64,000 nucleotides of DNA, from assembly GCA_946965045.2 (NCBI GenBank), contig OX337236.1, positions 1,984,001 through 2,048,000 on the forward strand, read 5' to 3'. The position numbers and the translations under genes were made by a program. Shown here in pieces: positions 24,968-36,604 of the stretch. Position 1 is the stretch's first letter. The number at the start of each line of letters is the position of its first letter. The notes below the pieces were generated by a model. That model was not told the DNA's origin and did not search any database. It saw only the letters and a program-made list of their open reading frames with translations. Source of the DNA: Epithemia pelagica. Taxonomy: Eukaryota > Protista > Bacillariophyta.

Positions 24968-26379
24968 ATGTATCGTCTTTCTGCTCTTGTCGTCGGAATT
25001 TTCTTACCAGGATCCCGCTGCCTGGTATCCAATCAACAATTTTGGAGTGTCGGCCGGAGAAATAGCGTAACAGGTACGAAGTTTGATGTGTGTGGAATTC
25101 GTTGTCTTCATTATTGCATCTCACGTGCCTTGTTCTTTGTCGACGAATCGGCTACAGCTTTCGCGTCCGGCAGGCTACCTGGATTCGGAACAACACATCC
25201 GAGTCCACGTCGGCACTGCAGTAGTAGCCTGTTGCATTCTTCTTCATCCGTCGAACCGACGACCAGTGATAACCAAATCGATAGCTCGATAATGGATCTC
25301 AAGAAAGGTGTCGCTGAGATTGTGGATCAGTTTGATGTCTTTTTGCTGGACATGTGGGGAGTCATGCACGATGGATTCCGCCCCTATGAGGGTGTACTAG
25401 ACGTGGTACAGCAACTACGACAGGCAAACAAAAAGTTGATTATTTTGTCCAATAGTTCGAAACGACGCGACAATTCGATCAAGATGTTGACGAAACTAGG
25501 ATTCAATCCTGAAGATTTTGATGGTATTATTACATCAGGTGAAGTTGCGCACTGGATGCTGTCTGGAAAACTCCCACAGAAATGGGCAATCATGGACAAT
25601 CTACAACAAGACGAGTCGAAACGCAAAGTCTTTGTGTTCGGGAGTGGTGATAACGACGAAGAATACTGCAACAGCTGTGGATGGACCCTGGCTCCAATGG
25701 AAGAAGCCAATCTGATTGTGGCAAGGGGAACATTCACCGTAAATGGTATGTTTGTTGAATTCATTAATACAGTTGGAGAACCAATGTATTTCCTCGCTCA
25801 CAATGTGTGTTTCTTTCTGTTTTTTTTTTTGGCACGAATTCAGATGGACGAGTCGTCGTAAGCAAACGCGATGATGAAGAAGCGTACGAATCCGCCCTGG
25901 AGGAATGTCTGCAACAAGCAGCCCTGCGCCAGATCCCAATGCTCGTCACCAACCCAGACAAGATTCGTCCTGATGCCGAACGACCACCAATGCCAGGAAA
26001 GATTGGAGATCGATATGAGGAGATTTTACAAACAACAATGAGCAAAGAACCCGTGGAACTTGTAAAGAGAATAGGGAAACCTTTTCAGGACGTTTATGAC
26101 ATTGCCTTGACGGAACAAAGCAAACCAGAGGAGCGCAGTCGTGTGTGTATGGTGGGTGATGCGCTGGAAACGGATATTGTGGGTGGCGCTACCAATGGAA
26201 TTTCCACCGTCTGGGTATTGTTGGATGGTGTCTATGGACCAGATTTGGAGACAACTCCATCCGACAACTTGATGGATGCGGCCACAGAGATTGTCCATGA
26301 TTTCAATGGACAGACCGGGACATATGCGGGAGATAGGACCGTCCAACCGGATATTGTGCTTCGTCATTTTTGTTGGTAG
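24968..26379 (+). CDS. HAD-superfamily subfamily IIA hydrolase, probably plastid-targeted (intron 25746-25843)
   Basis: LLDMWGVMHDG (motif I), LSNSSKR, TNPD, IGKP, MVGDALETDI. The 5' end is uncertain. Confidence 0.85.
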
Positions 26380-26789
26380 GGGAAGAACTCAGAGCTCTAG
26401 AGTCGAGCATCTCCCGACTTGTTGGAACAGTTTACAATTCCTTCCCCCTGGATGATATAATAGGTTGCCGGTAGAAGGGCTCCTAATAGAAGTAGCCCTG
26501 GCACTTCCCGGAAAACAGTTCTGGAGATGATAACGAGCACGGATATCTGCTTCCACATACCATGGTCACATGCTTGACCGAGTTGTCAAACCATAACACG
26601 ATAGGAGACTCTCATCAATAGGAGTATTGGTACCATTTACCATTGTGATGAATGATAGGTGAATGATAGGTAGACATTCCGACTTAAGCGCGACTGATTG
26701 AGCTGATGGGGAAAAAATGGGACGACACTCACGTGACAATGAGACTGGCAAAACGATACGATGAAAAAGCGTTGTGATTGTAATCCACC

Positions 26790-29700
26790 ATGACATCTGA
26801 TCATGGCTCAATTTCCTTTCTCCATCGGGGTCTCTGGACGATGCTCTGTCTGGGACATTGTAGTAATGCGTTCATATTATCACTCGATTTCAACAAGGAA
26901 TACATCCGTGCTCCTTCCTTGCCAAGGATATCTTCCGTCCCTTGGACAAGCAGGACCAGTCTTTATGAGGGAACCCTTGATGGTGAACTCACCCAAGTTG
27001 ATGCGCTTCTGATCAGTGCACTAGAACGGGAAGATTCGGAATCAACAAGCTACTTTTATCATAGCCTAACTCATGTGTCGAATGGCATTCGAGCCTGGCG
27101 TACTGCCTTGACCAAGGGACGGATGCCAGTTCCGGGGGAGTTTGTCAATGGATTTTTGTGGCCTGATGAGCCGCTCTTTTCTAAGATTAAAAAGAACATG
27201 AGTATTCTGCAGCTCCCTCGGTTTGCGCTCAGGCATCCAGAAACAGTCTCAGCCATACTGCTTTCAATCATTCGGTTAAGCATCCGTTTCACCAAAGAGA
27301 TAAATCGATTTGATGAAAGTGTGGATGAGAATGAAGAACCAGGACATATAGAAGACTATGAAATCGGAGTCAACCAATTCGTGGACCATAGCGCTCTCTT
27401 GAATGTGGAATCTTTTGCGGATGAATATAGTAGTGAGTTTATGGACAAATGGGCCTCTGTTGTTGAGGGTGTTGGCATTTTGGACCAACTGTTTGGTTTC
27501 GATCATGGACTGCTCCGCATGGAAGCAGACGAGACAAAAGGCCCACCAGTGGATGGATTTGGACTCGAGGATGGAGTTTGGAAACACAGTGGATGGAAAG
27601 TTGTTCCGGAATATCAACGGCAACTGGCTTCAATGCCCGAACTCAAAAAGCTGGTGCGCGAGCTGGGTAGACGACCAACAGCCGACAAAAGCGATCGCAT
27701 GCATAAATTCAACGCCCGAAAGGCGAACAAGGATGGAGGTATGGGTGCGGAAATGGACCCACAAAATCGAGAATCCGTGTCTGGAGTTACTCTTTCGTCC
27801 AGCTTTACGGAAATGCTGCCCTCCGAAGCGGTCCTTCTCCGATCATCAGTTCCATCGGTGCGTCGTTTGTTTCTACAAAAGCATGTGGAATCCAAGTTGT
27901 TGAGTTACGAACTTGCGGGATGGACTGACGTCCCAAGCGTTCCAGTCACACGTCCATTGCGTAAGGAGAGACGTCCCAGTGCTCCGGGTGGGCCAATCAT
28001 CGTATGTCTCGACACGTCCTGGTCCATGTCATCTCGCAGGGAGGACTTGTCGAAAGCGGCCGTACTAGCATGTGTATCGGCGGCTCATAGTCAAAAACGG
28101 GATTGCCAGGTCATTGCATTCTCCACTGAGCGTAACATTATGGAAGCAACGTCTTTGGCAGTGGATTCCAAAGGCATCCCGGATTTGTTGGATTTTTTGT
28201 CCAACTCTTTTGGTGGTGGCACCGATGTGACAGGTGCTCTCAAGTTTGCCATGGATGCACTGGAATCCGGCACCATGTCCGCGGCAGATATATTGCTCGT
28301 TACCGATGGGGAAATCCCAGATCCTCCAGTTCCGCCGTCCATGATGGAATCGTTAGAGATTCTCAAGTCGAGAAACGGAGTGGAAGTACATGGACTATTG
28401 GTGGGGAAAAGTGAGAGTAAGCCACTGTCTAGATTATGCACACATGTTCATGACTTTTTGAGCGTCTACGAAACTATGTTCATTTCTCCACCAAGAAGCA
28501 GCAGCAGGACCCGAATGTACAATGTTGATTCCCGTCATGACACGGAACCGTCACGTTGCAATGCGCGTCCATGGGGTAGAAAAGCTTTCGCGTTTGCATT
28601 GCACGCAAGACGGTCATTCGAAAGTGACGAGGACTGGGAAAGAAGACCCAACAGGAGCCGAAGAAAACGAGACACAAATCACGAGGACGTTTACGATGTT
28701 GGCCGCGGACAAAGACTGGAATCAGACGGCAAAGCGTTCCTTAACAAGGTGGACAGCAGTGTGCGCATTTTGAAAGAAGCGGCTGCCGTGACGTTATCCC
28801 AAACGGTCTGGAACGCTGGCATACTGGAAAAGGAACGACAAGCAACTGGGTCATGCTGGAGGTACAAAGAAGAACTACAAGCCGCGATTGATAAAGTTGG
28901 GGAGGGATTGGTGGAGAGATCGGAAGAAGCTCGTCTTGTTGTTCTGGCAATGCTGGCAACTGAACATATTCTTCTTCTAGGTGTTCCAGGAACTGGAAAG
29001 AGCGTCCTTGGTCGGCGCCTCTCCGTATTGTGTGATGGTACTTTTTTCCAGAGACTACTCACGAGATTCACGACACCAGAAGAGCTTTTTGGTCCTCTCT
29101 CATTGCGAAGTCTGGAGAATGATGAATATCGCAGGGTTACAGCAGGCTACTTGCCTTCGGCATCGGTTGCCTTCTTGGATGAAATTTTTAAATCCAACAG
29201 TTCCATACTCAATACCTTGCTGACAATCTTGAACGAAAGAAAATTTGATAACGCAGGGGGACAAGAGAACTGCCCTATTCGGTGCGTGGTAGGAGCATCC
29301 AACGAGCTTCCTGACAGCGATGAGCTGAATGCTCTATATGATCGTTTTCTCATTCGAAAAGAAGTTGTACCCGTGTCCGATGAAGGACTGGTTAAGCTTC
29401 TTTCTTTGTCCAATTCAGATATTGCTGCATGCGACGTAGAGGGGAGCCAATGTGGAAACGTCTTTCCCAATGGCCTCGACGATGTCGTAGCAGATCTTGC
29501 TTCTACTGCGCGTTCTGTAGCCATGGGCCCCGATGCATGTGCACTCGTGTGTCGATTACGGGAATTTCTACGCGAAGAGTTGAATGCAGAGATTAGTGAT
29601 CGTCGTTTGGTGAAAGCGTCTATGTTGCTTAAGATCAGCGCGGCTAGTCACGGGCGAGCTCGGGTAGACCCTATCGATTGCATGTTGTTGCAGCACTGCG

Positions 29701-30332
29701 TATGGCAAGTGCCGGAACATCGAGTCGCGATCAAAGAATGGCTATGGGAAAATATTGCTCCTGGTAGCAGCAGTGCGATCGGCGAAGATACGGATTCGAT
29801 TACTCAACTGCGCTTCCTTCTGAGCGGTCTCCGACAAGAAGCGCTCATGGTGGTTCGGACAACCAATGGAGATGTTACTGGCGAAGGTGGAGCTAGAGAG
29901 AGCGACTTGGCAACGTTGAAGTCGGTTGCTTCGGAAATCGGTCAGCTTGTTGCCATTTTGGACGAGAAAAAGAGTAATCTCGCACGTCACGCCGAGCTTT
30001 TGAACCAATCGAACAATTATCTGTGGCTCGATCCGGATGAAGCGGAAGCAATGAAGCAGCTGTTTCTCCCGCAAGCGAAAAGTGTGACTGACCAATTCAA
30101 AGATACGCTATTGGACGCAGTTGCATTGAGCATGTCCATACAAAGTCAGGAATACATTGCCGATGACATCCGACTGGAGGTCATAGAAGCTCTTTGGGAT
30201 GACCTAGAGACTACTGCGGTGACTTTTTCGGAAGATGAATTACGAATGAGTATGAAAGAAGCCAAATCGACTTTCGATGGTGAAACATTTCGCAAGTGGA
30301 AGCGTGCACGAAAAAAGATGCCGTTATCCTGA
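26790..30332 (+). CDS. Fused ViaA-like VWA domain + RavA-like MoxR AAA+ ATPase, N-terminal presequence, 1180 aa
   Basis: VWA part: CLDTSWSM (MIDAS), FGGGTD, LVTDGE. AAA+ part: LVERSEEARL, GVPGTGKS (Walker A), TRFTTPEELFGP, FLDEIFK (Walker B), ASNELP, LYDRF. Single open frame without introns. Confidence 0.88.
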   Translation: MTSDHGSISFLHRGLWTMLCLGHCSNAFILSLDFNKEYIRAPSLPRISSVPWTSRTSLYEGTLDGELTQVDALLISALEREDSESTSYFYHSLTHVSNGIRAWRTALTKGRMPVPGEFVNGFLWPDEPLFSKIKKNMSILQLPRFALRHPETVSAILLSIIRLSIRFTKEINRFDESVDENEEPGHIEDYEIGVNQFVDHSALLNVESFADEYSSEFMDKWASVVEGVGILDQLFGFDHGLLRMEADETKGPPVDGFGLEDGVWKHSGWKVVPEYQRQLASMPELKKLVRELGRRPTADKSDRMHKFNARKANKDGGMGAEMDPQNRESVSGVTLSSSFTEMLPSEAVLLRSSVPSVRRLFLQKHVESKLLSYELAGWTDVPSVPVTRPLRKERRPSAPGGPIIVCLDTSWSMSSRREDLSKAAVLACVSAAHSQKRDCQVIAFSTERNIMEATSLAVDSKGIPDLLDFLSNSFGGGTDVTGALKFAMDALESGTMSAADILLVTDGEIPDPPVPPSMMESLEILKSRNGVEVHGLLVGKSESKPLSRLCTHVHDFLSVYETMFISPPRSSSRTRMYNVDSRHDTEPSRCNARPWGRKAFAFALHARRSFESDEDWERRPNRSRRKRDTNHEDVYDVGRGQRLESDGKAFLNKVDSSVRILKEAAAVTLSQTVWNAGILEKERQATGSCWRYKEELQAAIDKVGEGLVERSEEARLVVLAMLATEHILLLGVPGTGKSVLGRRLSVLCDGTFFQRLLTRFTTPEELFGPLSLRSLENDEYRRVTAGYLPSASVAFLDEIFKSNSSILNTLLTILNERKFDNAGGQENCPIRCVVGASNELPDSDELNALYDRFLIRKEVVPVSDEGLVKLLSLSNSDIAACDVEGSQCGNVFPNGLDDVVADLASTARSVAMGPDACALVCRLREFLREELNAEISDRRLVKASMLLKISAASHGRARVDPIDCMLLQHCVWQVPEHRVAIKEWLWENIAPGSSSAIGEDTDSITQLRFLLSGLRQEALMVVRTTNGDVTGEGGARESDLATLKSVASEIGQLVAILDEKKSNLARHAELLNQSNNYLWLDPDEAEAMKQLFLPQAKSVTDQFKDTLLDAVALSMSIQSQEYIADDIRLEVIEALWDDLETTAVTFSEDELRMSMKEAKSTFDGETFRKWKRARKKMPLS

Positions 30333-30657
30333 TCCCCATGTGTGGATGTGGCACCACTGTCTGCGATTACTAGCTCCTTGTGGTAATGGTGTAAGGTTTC
30401 TGGTTTTGCGCATGTGTAAAATAACGGGCCCATTGTTATCATCGTCCCACTTTCTTTTTTCTCACACAAGGCGACCGCATTAATACAGAGTACATAGTAC
30501 ATGTAGTATGTATCGATAGGCTATTACTCCATTGGCTGCCTTCCCGCATCGGCGACGAAACCATGTTACTCGGGTATTCATCCTTGCTCCTTCGATATTT
30601 CATTGGCAGGTACAATCCTCCAACCAACGACGTCAAGCACGTCTAAACCCAAAGTTG

Positions 30658-32349
30658 CTATCTCATATTCTTTGCTTCTGATACTCCCACCATTTTCTTC
30701 CAAGCCTTGCGTTCGGCTGAAGTTGCGCAAGAGGGGGAGTAGTCTCTGTAGTCTCGATGTCGAGATCGGCGCGCTTGTGAGTTGTTCCCTGACAGTACGG
30801 AGCCGAATCGACCCTAGCCCCCCAACCCTATCGAGGAAGCCCCTGCGTGAGCCATAATCCATAAGTCCACAACGGTCCCATATAAGCCAGATTCTGGTTT
30901 CTTGAATCTTGCCCTGGCGTCAAAATGATGTGAAGGGCTCTTGTAGTCATGTCGCACGACAATCTTTGCTGTTGTTGGGATCTCCCAGGCAGGTATGCCA
31001 TAGCCGTGAACATTCTGATTCACTGGATGATTGATAAACGCAGTTACGTTTGAAGAATTCACAAAACCAGCCCACGACCTCGATGGCGAGCCTTCAGAAT
31101 GGTCATCTGACCAAAAGGGACTGGTATGCTTCAAGTAGTCAATGGCCTCGTGGGCATCACTAGCCACATACACATACCTGGTTTCTGGCATGACTCGAAC
31201 AGCACATTCGACAGCGTGATTCGCGACATCCGCTATGGTTCTGAATGTAGTGTTATCTATCATGTTAATCTTGGTGTTCAAACCTTTGTCTGCTCGTCGC
31301 CATTTGGTGTTGGCGAATTGGAGTCTCACACCTCCCGGAAATGGTTGGGGCCATTTGATGCGCATGTGTGCAGCGACATAGTTTCCAGGGGACGTTATCT
31401 CAGGAATCAGTGATAATCGCCGGGCGGTCTCACGAGAGGGCTGGAAGAAGCGCCGAAAGAGGCCTGGCAAAAGAGAGTCTTTTGTGTAGTTCCAGTTCTT
31501 CGGAAGATGGCAGTACGGGATGGCCAAGTTATTGCTGACGAGAACAACTTTCTTGTGCTTGAACTTCGTCGAATTTAATTCTTGAACGCTGTATCTTCTC
31601 CTCCGATCGGCTTTGAAATCAGCTTCTTTGCGTTTTTCCCAACGGTCGAATTCCTCGGTAAAGTAGCCATCGGGGAGCATCCAATTGAAGCCATGGTCAG
31701 CTGGTGGAGGAGGAACCAAAAAGTCCTACAGTGGACGGGGTTTGACATACTTGATGAGTAGTTTGCGTCCAGTTTGGTGAGCAGACCACATATTGTATAC
31801 CAAGTTATACAGTCGATCTGTAAATCCTCCGCAGTCTTCGAGACCGTATTTGTATTTGTAGCACGTCATGACGAGAAACTTATTGGACGGATCTGTTAGC
31901 ATTTCGTGGTGTTTTTGGGGATCGCCAGTTGGTTGTTTGGACAGAAAGTCCTCCATCCATTGTGGTAAGGGAAACATTACTTTGTAGTCTTGATTGTATC
32001 TGATAAAAGTGTAGTTGTAGTCAATTTCCCGTACCATGACTTTACTTTTCGGTTTGAAGTCTCCATGAATCTCTATATGATTTTTCTCTTGTACCCTCGG
32101 CCTATCATTGCTCGATTCTTCTTTGTCTTCAACATGTTTCGTATCTAGTGTTGAACTTTGATTGACCTTGGATTCTCCATGGAAATGGATCGTGTCTCTT
32201 GTACCCCATTCGGCCTTTGCGTTCCGAAAACTTTCATAGCTTAAGCACACAACGACAAGGAGGATAAATAGCTTCTTGCGAGAGTATATTGTTTTTCTCT
32301 TCATATTTCTACCATTCTTTGTCGTCTGATCAATGGTTGGAACATCCAT
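30658..32349 (-). pseudogene. Pseudogenised inverted paralogue of the fucosyltransferase-like gene at 43257
   Basis: Same 1692-nt length as the + copy. Two in-frame nonsense codons: GAG>TAG at 31726 and TAT>TAG at 30814. Confidence 0.88.
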
Positions 32350-32716
32350 GATTTCAGTATCGGTTCTGGTTGGGGTGCTTTGGCTTCTGACAACAAACAA
32401 CAAAGCATTTTAGATTACATTTATTTGTGACCGGAAAGTCATGAAGAAGATGAGATGATGATAATGCCCTATTGGGTGAAATTCTCCCCCAAGTACCCCC
32501 AGACGCAGACTACGTGTTACTCCTTTGGTAGTGTGAACGAATGCAACAAATAATGCAACCGTGTAGAGACAGTACACAAGTTCTCGTATGTATGGTGTAC
32601 GGAGATTTCTTACTGGCAATATCTTGCTAGGCTATCCCCTCATCAATCAAGATACTCCATGTCCAGGTAGCATAGATTACATAAAAGTCTAGTTTCAGGT
32701 GAAGCCGCAGCAACAA

Positions 32717-34909
32717 TCATACTCTTAACCTGTCATCAAGTGAATTCTCTCTAATATCTTTCTTGAGAGCATTGATGATTGTTGTGACCGTGGCTCCATG
32801 GCCATACACATCATAAATTCTGTCACAGGCCATGTGTGAAGTAAGTCCAGCATTGATTAACAGTGCAATCCGATCCCAAACAATTTTTCTTCTGTGATAC
32901 TTGTGCTTACACCGGCCTCTTTCCTGTCTGCTAAACATCCTTGCAGGTTTTCTACCACCAATCCCTACCATGTATTCCTCCCAGAGAGTGTACAAGTTTC
33001 TTGGAGTTGGAGAAAGCTCTGCAAGCACTAGTGGGTTTGCCACTCCGACAGCATCACCATCAAAATTTTCTGCACCATGCTGCTCACCAAGTGGCTGTCC
33101 ACCCGCAAGAACAGCACCACCAGCACCATTACCACCAAAATTATTCTGATATACTGGTGCATTGTTCTCATTATTATTGTTGGCATGATTGTTTCTTTGA
33201 TTTCCATTTTGTTGATTGTTTCCTCGTATTGCACGACGCAAGAGGCGGAGTGGTTCCTGAGAAACGGGGCGCATGTTTGAGTGAACGATTCGAAACTGAC
33301 TCTGCATCATTGCTCTGTCAGTTTCTCTTCCTTCTACAATGGATTCAGCCATTGCTGACATAGAAGACTGGATTGTGTTGAGTTGGTTGACAATCGTATG
33401 AAGCAGTTGCCGGGAAGTCTGGCTCTCCATGTGTCCTCCCAAGACAACTGGTTGCTGCAAGGGTGGTTCATCATTCGGAATGGGCGCTTGCCCTTCAACA
33501 TTATTGTCTTGCGCTGGTGCAGGAGCTGTTGAAACCCCAAGTGATGCAGCAGCTGGTGTCGCATTGATTTCGGTTATGACAAGCGTTGCGTCATCACCAG
33601 TGACAACAAGAAGTTTCTTTTCCACAGGATTAGCAAGGGCTCCTGATGTATCCTCTTCACCCACAAGCTCTCTATAGGCATCAGTTACGCGGGCAACAAT
33701 TGCTGGAGGGACCCAGTGTTTCTTGTCTGAAAAAATTACCCATAGAAGAGCCTTCCCCAAAATTGTAGCTAAAGTCCTTCCGTACACAGAGCCAGCAATA
33801 GATGGCACAACATGATCTAGTATCCAATCATTCGTGACACAACTGTTTGTCTTGATTCGGTAGCTGCAGGGTCCTCCTGGACACAACAATGCCGCAACCT
33901 TGCCATCTGGGTATGGCAGTTCAGCGTCATCATAGACATCCGAAACGCGGCGATTCTTCTTCCAGCGACCTCTATAGTCCTTTTCATCCTTTGATGCACC
34001 TCCTCGCCTAGCTCTTGTTGAGCCAAATTTGCGTATACTATAAGCTCCCAATAGCCCACCACGCTCTCTAACAAATTCACTGCTGGCATAGAGTTTGGTC
34101 AGCACTTCTCGGACATAGTCATTTGTTGCTTCACCTCCTTTGGGTACTCTTGTGTCCGTTGTGAATGCGAAAACATAGGGAGTCAATAAAGGGCCTGATT
34201 GACTTGATAGATAAAACTCAAGCCATATGGCAAGGCCAATGAAAACACAGAAAAATGGATCCCGAGAGCCAAGAACAATCTGCCATGGTGCGTCTCCCTC
34301 TTGTTGCACATTCTTAGCCCATGAGAGTTGCGCCTTGACAGCAAACTCAGGATAAACATCATGTGGCTCTAGGAGCTCTTTTTACCACTGGCTCACGCAG
34401 TCAGGGCGTGCAATCATGTGACTTAGAAAATTCACAAAACCTGGTATGCCATACCGAGTTATGTGGCCATTCTCTGGACTCTCTCGAAGGATGATCTGCA
34501 CCTGGCGGAACTCACCCTCGGTCAAAGGACGGCGAGCTTTCAACTCAACTCCTTGCTTGCGAACTTCCCTCTTTCTCACGCGCGTAATAAGGTCATTAAC
34601 CTCTTGGGACTTTGTTGGGTTGCCGGACATACATTCTTCATTCCAGTGCGGAAGTCGGCATGGCATGAACGATGAAATGGCCTTCTTCCAATATAGTATT
34701 GATGATGAGCGTGCATGTGTTGGATTGGCATCAATTGGTGGATCATCAACCCCAAACGTCTTGAAATTCATCCATCTCACTATGTCTACTGGTTTGAGTC
34801 GCAACAACTGCTCCCTTGAGAACTGCGTTCCTCGGCTGTAGGTCCGTCCATCCCGATGGCTCATCATTGCAACAAGGTAGGGTTTGTAGTCATTCTTGGT
34901 TCGAGGCAT
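32717..34909 (-). pseudogene. Crypton-type tyrosine recombinase with C-terminal GCR1_C-like domain; one premature stop
   Basis: Track ORFs 34382..35029 and 32717..34309 are in frame across a TAA at 34382. Motifs HMIAR, LSWAKNV...APWQIVLGS, GAYSIRKF (HxxR with H>Y), DYRGRWK, VSDVY, and LWEEYMVGIGGRKPA...YHRRKIVW (GCR1_C-like). Element ends not found. Confidence 0.75.
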
Positions 34910-35832
34910 CCTGTTTGTCTTGTAGAAATTTGTTGTTCGCCAGTAGGGATGATTGTCGCTCTCTTGAATTTGTGATGGTTGGTTGTAAGGTTGTATTGAC
35001 TGTACTTTTATCCACAGTACGTGCGTCAAACTAGTTGTCTTTTACGGCCTTAAAAAAACAGCCAAAAGTACGACAGTTGGTTGTATGATGTACCACAGTA
35101 GTCCTAAGAGGGCAGTGTGTAGATACCACTATGTGCTCGCGCAATACCACAACCTCGTCTACTGCCTTCACCTAGAGCCTACTGGAGAAAATACTACATT
35201 GGTTGTATTTCCTAGCTACTCCTCGAGTACCTCTCTAGCTAGAGGAGTAACTACCTCTAGCTCTAGAAGTAGGTAACTACCTTTATCACTCGTCGTTCTA
35301 CCGTCGTCGTGCCCTTCCCCACTCACTGAGGAGTGGGTCACTCCCCACACTCACACTACCTAAGCCCCAAAACTTACTGTACATGGATATTTTTCCTTAG
35401 TGTAGTAATCTAGAATAGCCCGGGAAACGAAAAAGTAGGTGTTGGTTGTTGGTGCTGTGTTGTGTGTTGTGTTGTTGTATCAGTCGGAGTGGGAAATGAA
35501 GAACATTTATTCTAAGTATTCTGTTTGAGTATTTAAAGAACAAGCACGCCTCGGAGTTTGATTGGCATGTAATAAATGTGGGACGAATGATACTTAGACA
35601 TTGAGCGTTATAAGTCATCCGATATAGTTGTATGTGATCCCTTAAGTGACCGGGTTATTTACAAAGGATTAAAGATTGCCTAGTGCGCCATCATGAGTAT
35701 GGCCAGCGTAAGTCTCTAAGACTAATTAGGCTCACGAGTACTAAGTATACATTAAGAGTACCGATCACTTTGGAAGACCGATAAATACCTAGAGCGCGCT
35801 GGCACGACTCCTCGTGACAAAGGAAGCTAACA

Positions 35833-36044
35833 TACTTTAATAGCCCTGGGGGACTCCTCGTCGCAGGGCGCTCCTCGTGGCTTAACTCCTCGTCGGGCAA
35901 TAGCTTCTTGTCGTGAACTGCCCCCTCGATCCGCTTACGCGGATCTCACAGGGGCAATCCACTCCTCGTCGCTATTGCCCTTCTCGGAGTTAAGCCAATC
36001 CTCACACCCTAGCTCCTCCTCGTCCCACCCTGGCTATTAAAGTA
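35833..36044. other. 212-nt imperfect rod-like fold-back with repeated CTCCTCGT loop motif
   Basis: Nested stems TACTTTAATAGCC/GGCTATTAAAGTA, GGGAC/GTCCC, TGGCTTAACTCC/GGAGTTAAGCCA, GGGCAATAGC/GCTATTGCCC, TGCCCC/GGGGCA, GATCCGC-TTAC-GCGGATC. Confidence 0.85.
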
Positions 36045-36053
36045 GATTTACTA

Positions 36054-36391
36054 CCGGTAATTACACAGTCCAAGCACCATGCGTTGAATCTTTCCGCTCA
36101 AATTTGTATAGGACCAATGTGTAGTGCTCAACGCATATACAGTTAAGTCTTAAAGCCGAAATGCCACATGTTTGAAACTGTAACTTTAGAAGTACTTTGA
36201 GTTAGCTAGTCTTATGATTATCATTTGAATCTACTTCAAAAGAGGATTCGATCCCACCCGGGCTCATCAAAATCCGACTTATAGTTCTCATTTTATGGAC
36301 GGATGAAACTCTTTGGGGGCATGCTCGTTTTACGGGTAAATCGTCCGTTTTTTGCACCATTCCAATGGTGCTTGGACTGTGTAATTACCGG
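36054..36391. mobile_element. Tc1/mariner-type MITE (338 bp)
   Basis: Perfect 27-bp TIR CCGGTAATTACACAGTCCAAGCACCAT (36054-36080 / 36365-36391) with TA on both flanks. Confidence 0.85.
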
Positions 36392-36444
36392 TACATACCT
36401 TCGGATAACTACCTCTAGAGTCTGTATTGTGGTCTTTGTACCTA

Positions 36445-36604
36445 CCGTAAATTGCGGAACTTAAGAACCACCAAATGTCCTCCTTTTAGGCAAAATGGTG
36501 CTTATCTTCCGCACATTAACATTAGGGTGGCCCTAGTACGATGTCCTACGAAATGGCCCAAATGGTGCTTATAAGCGGCGGTTCTTAAGTTCCGCAATTT
36601 ACGG
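36445..36604. mobile_element. Tc1/mariner(pogo-like) MITE (160 bp)
   Basis: Perfect 25-bp TIR CCGTAAATTGCGGAACTTAAGAACC (36445-36469 / 36580-36604) with TA on both flanks. Confidence 0.85.

Noticed and set aside
35326-35352. Hammerhead-like CTGAGGA followed by a GTGGG/CCCAC stem
   Set aside because: The obligatory GAAA after stem II is absent (ACTC), and stems I and III are not evident.
35401-35819. Possible solo LTR (TGT...ACA, AATAAA and CA-rich tract on the minus strand)
   Set aside because: No TSD, PBS, PPT or second copy in the window; it remains possible but is unsupported.
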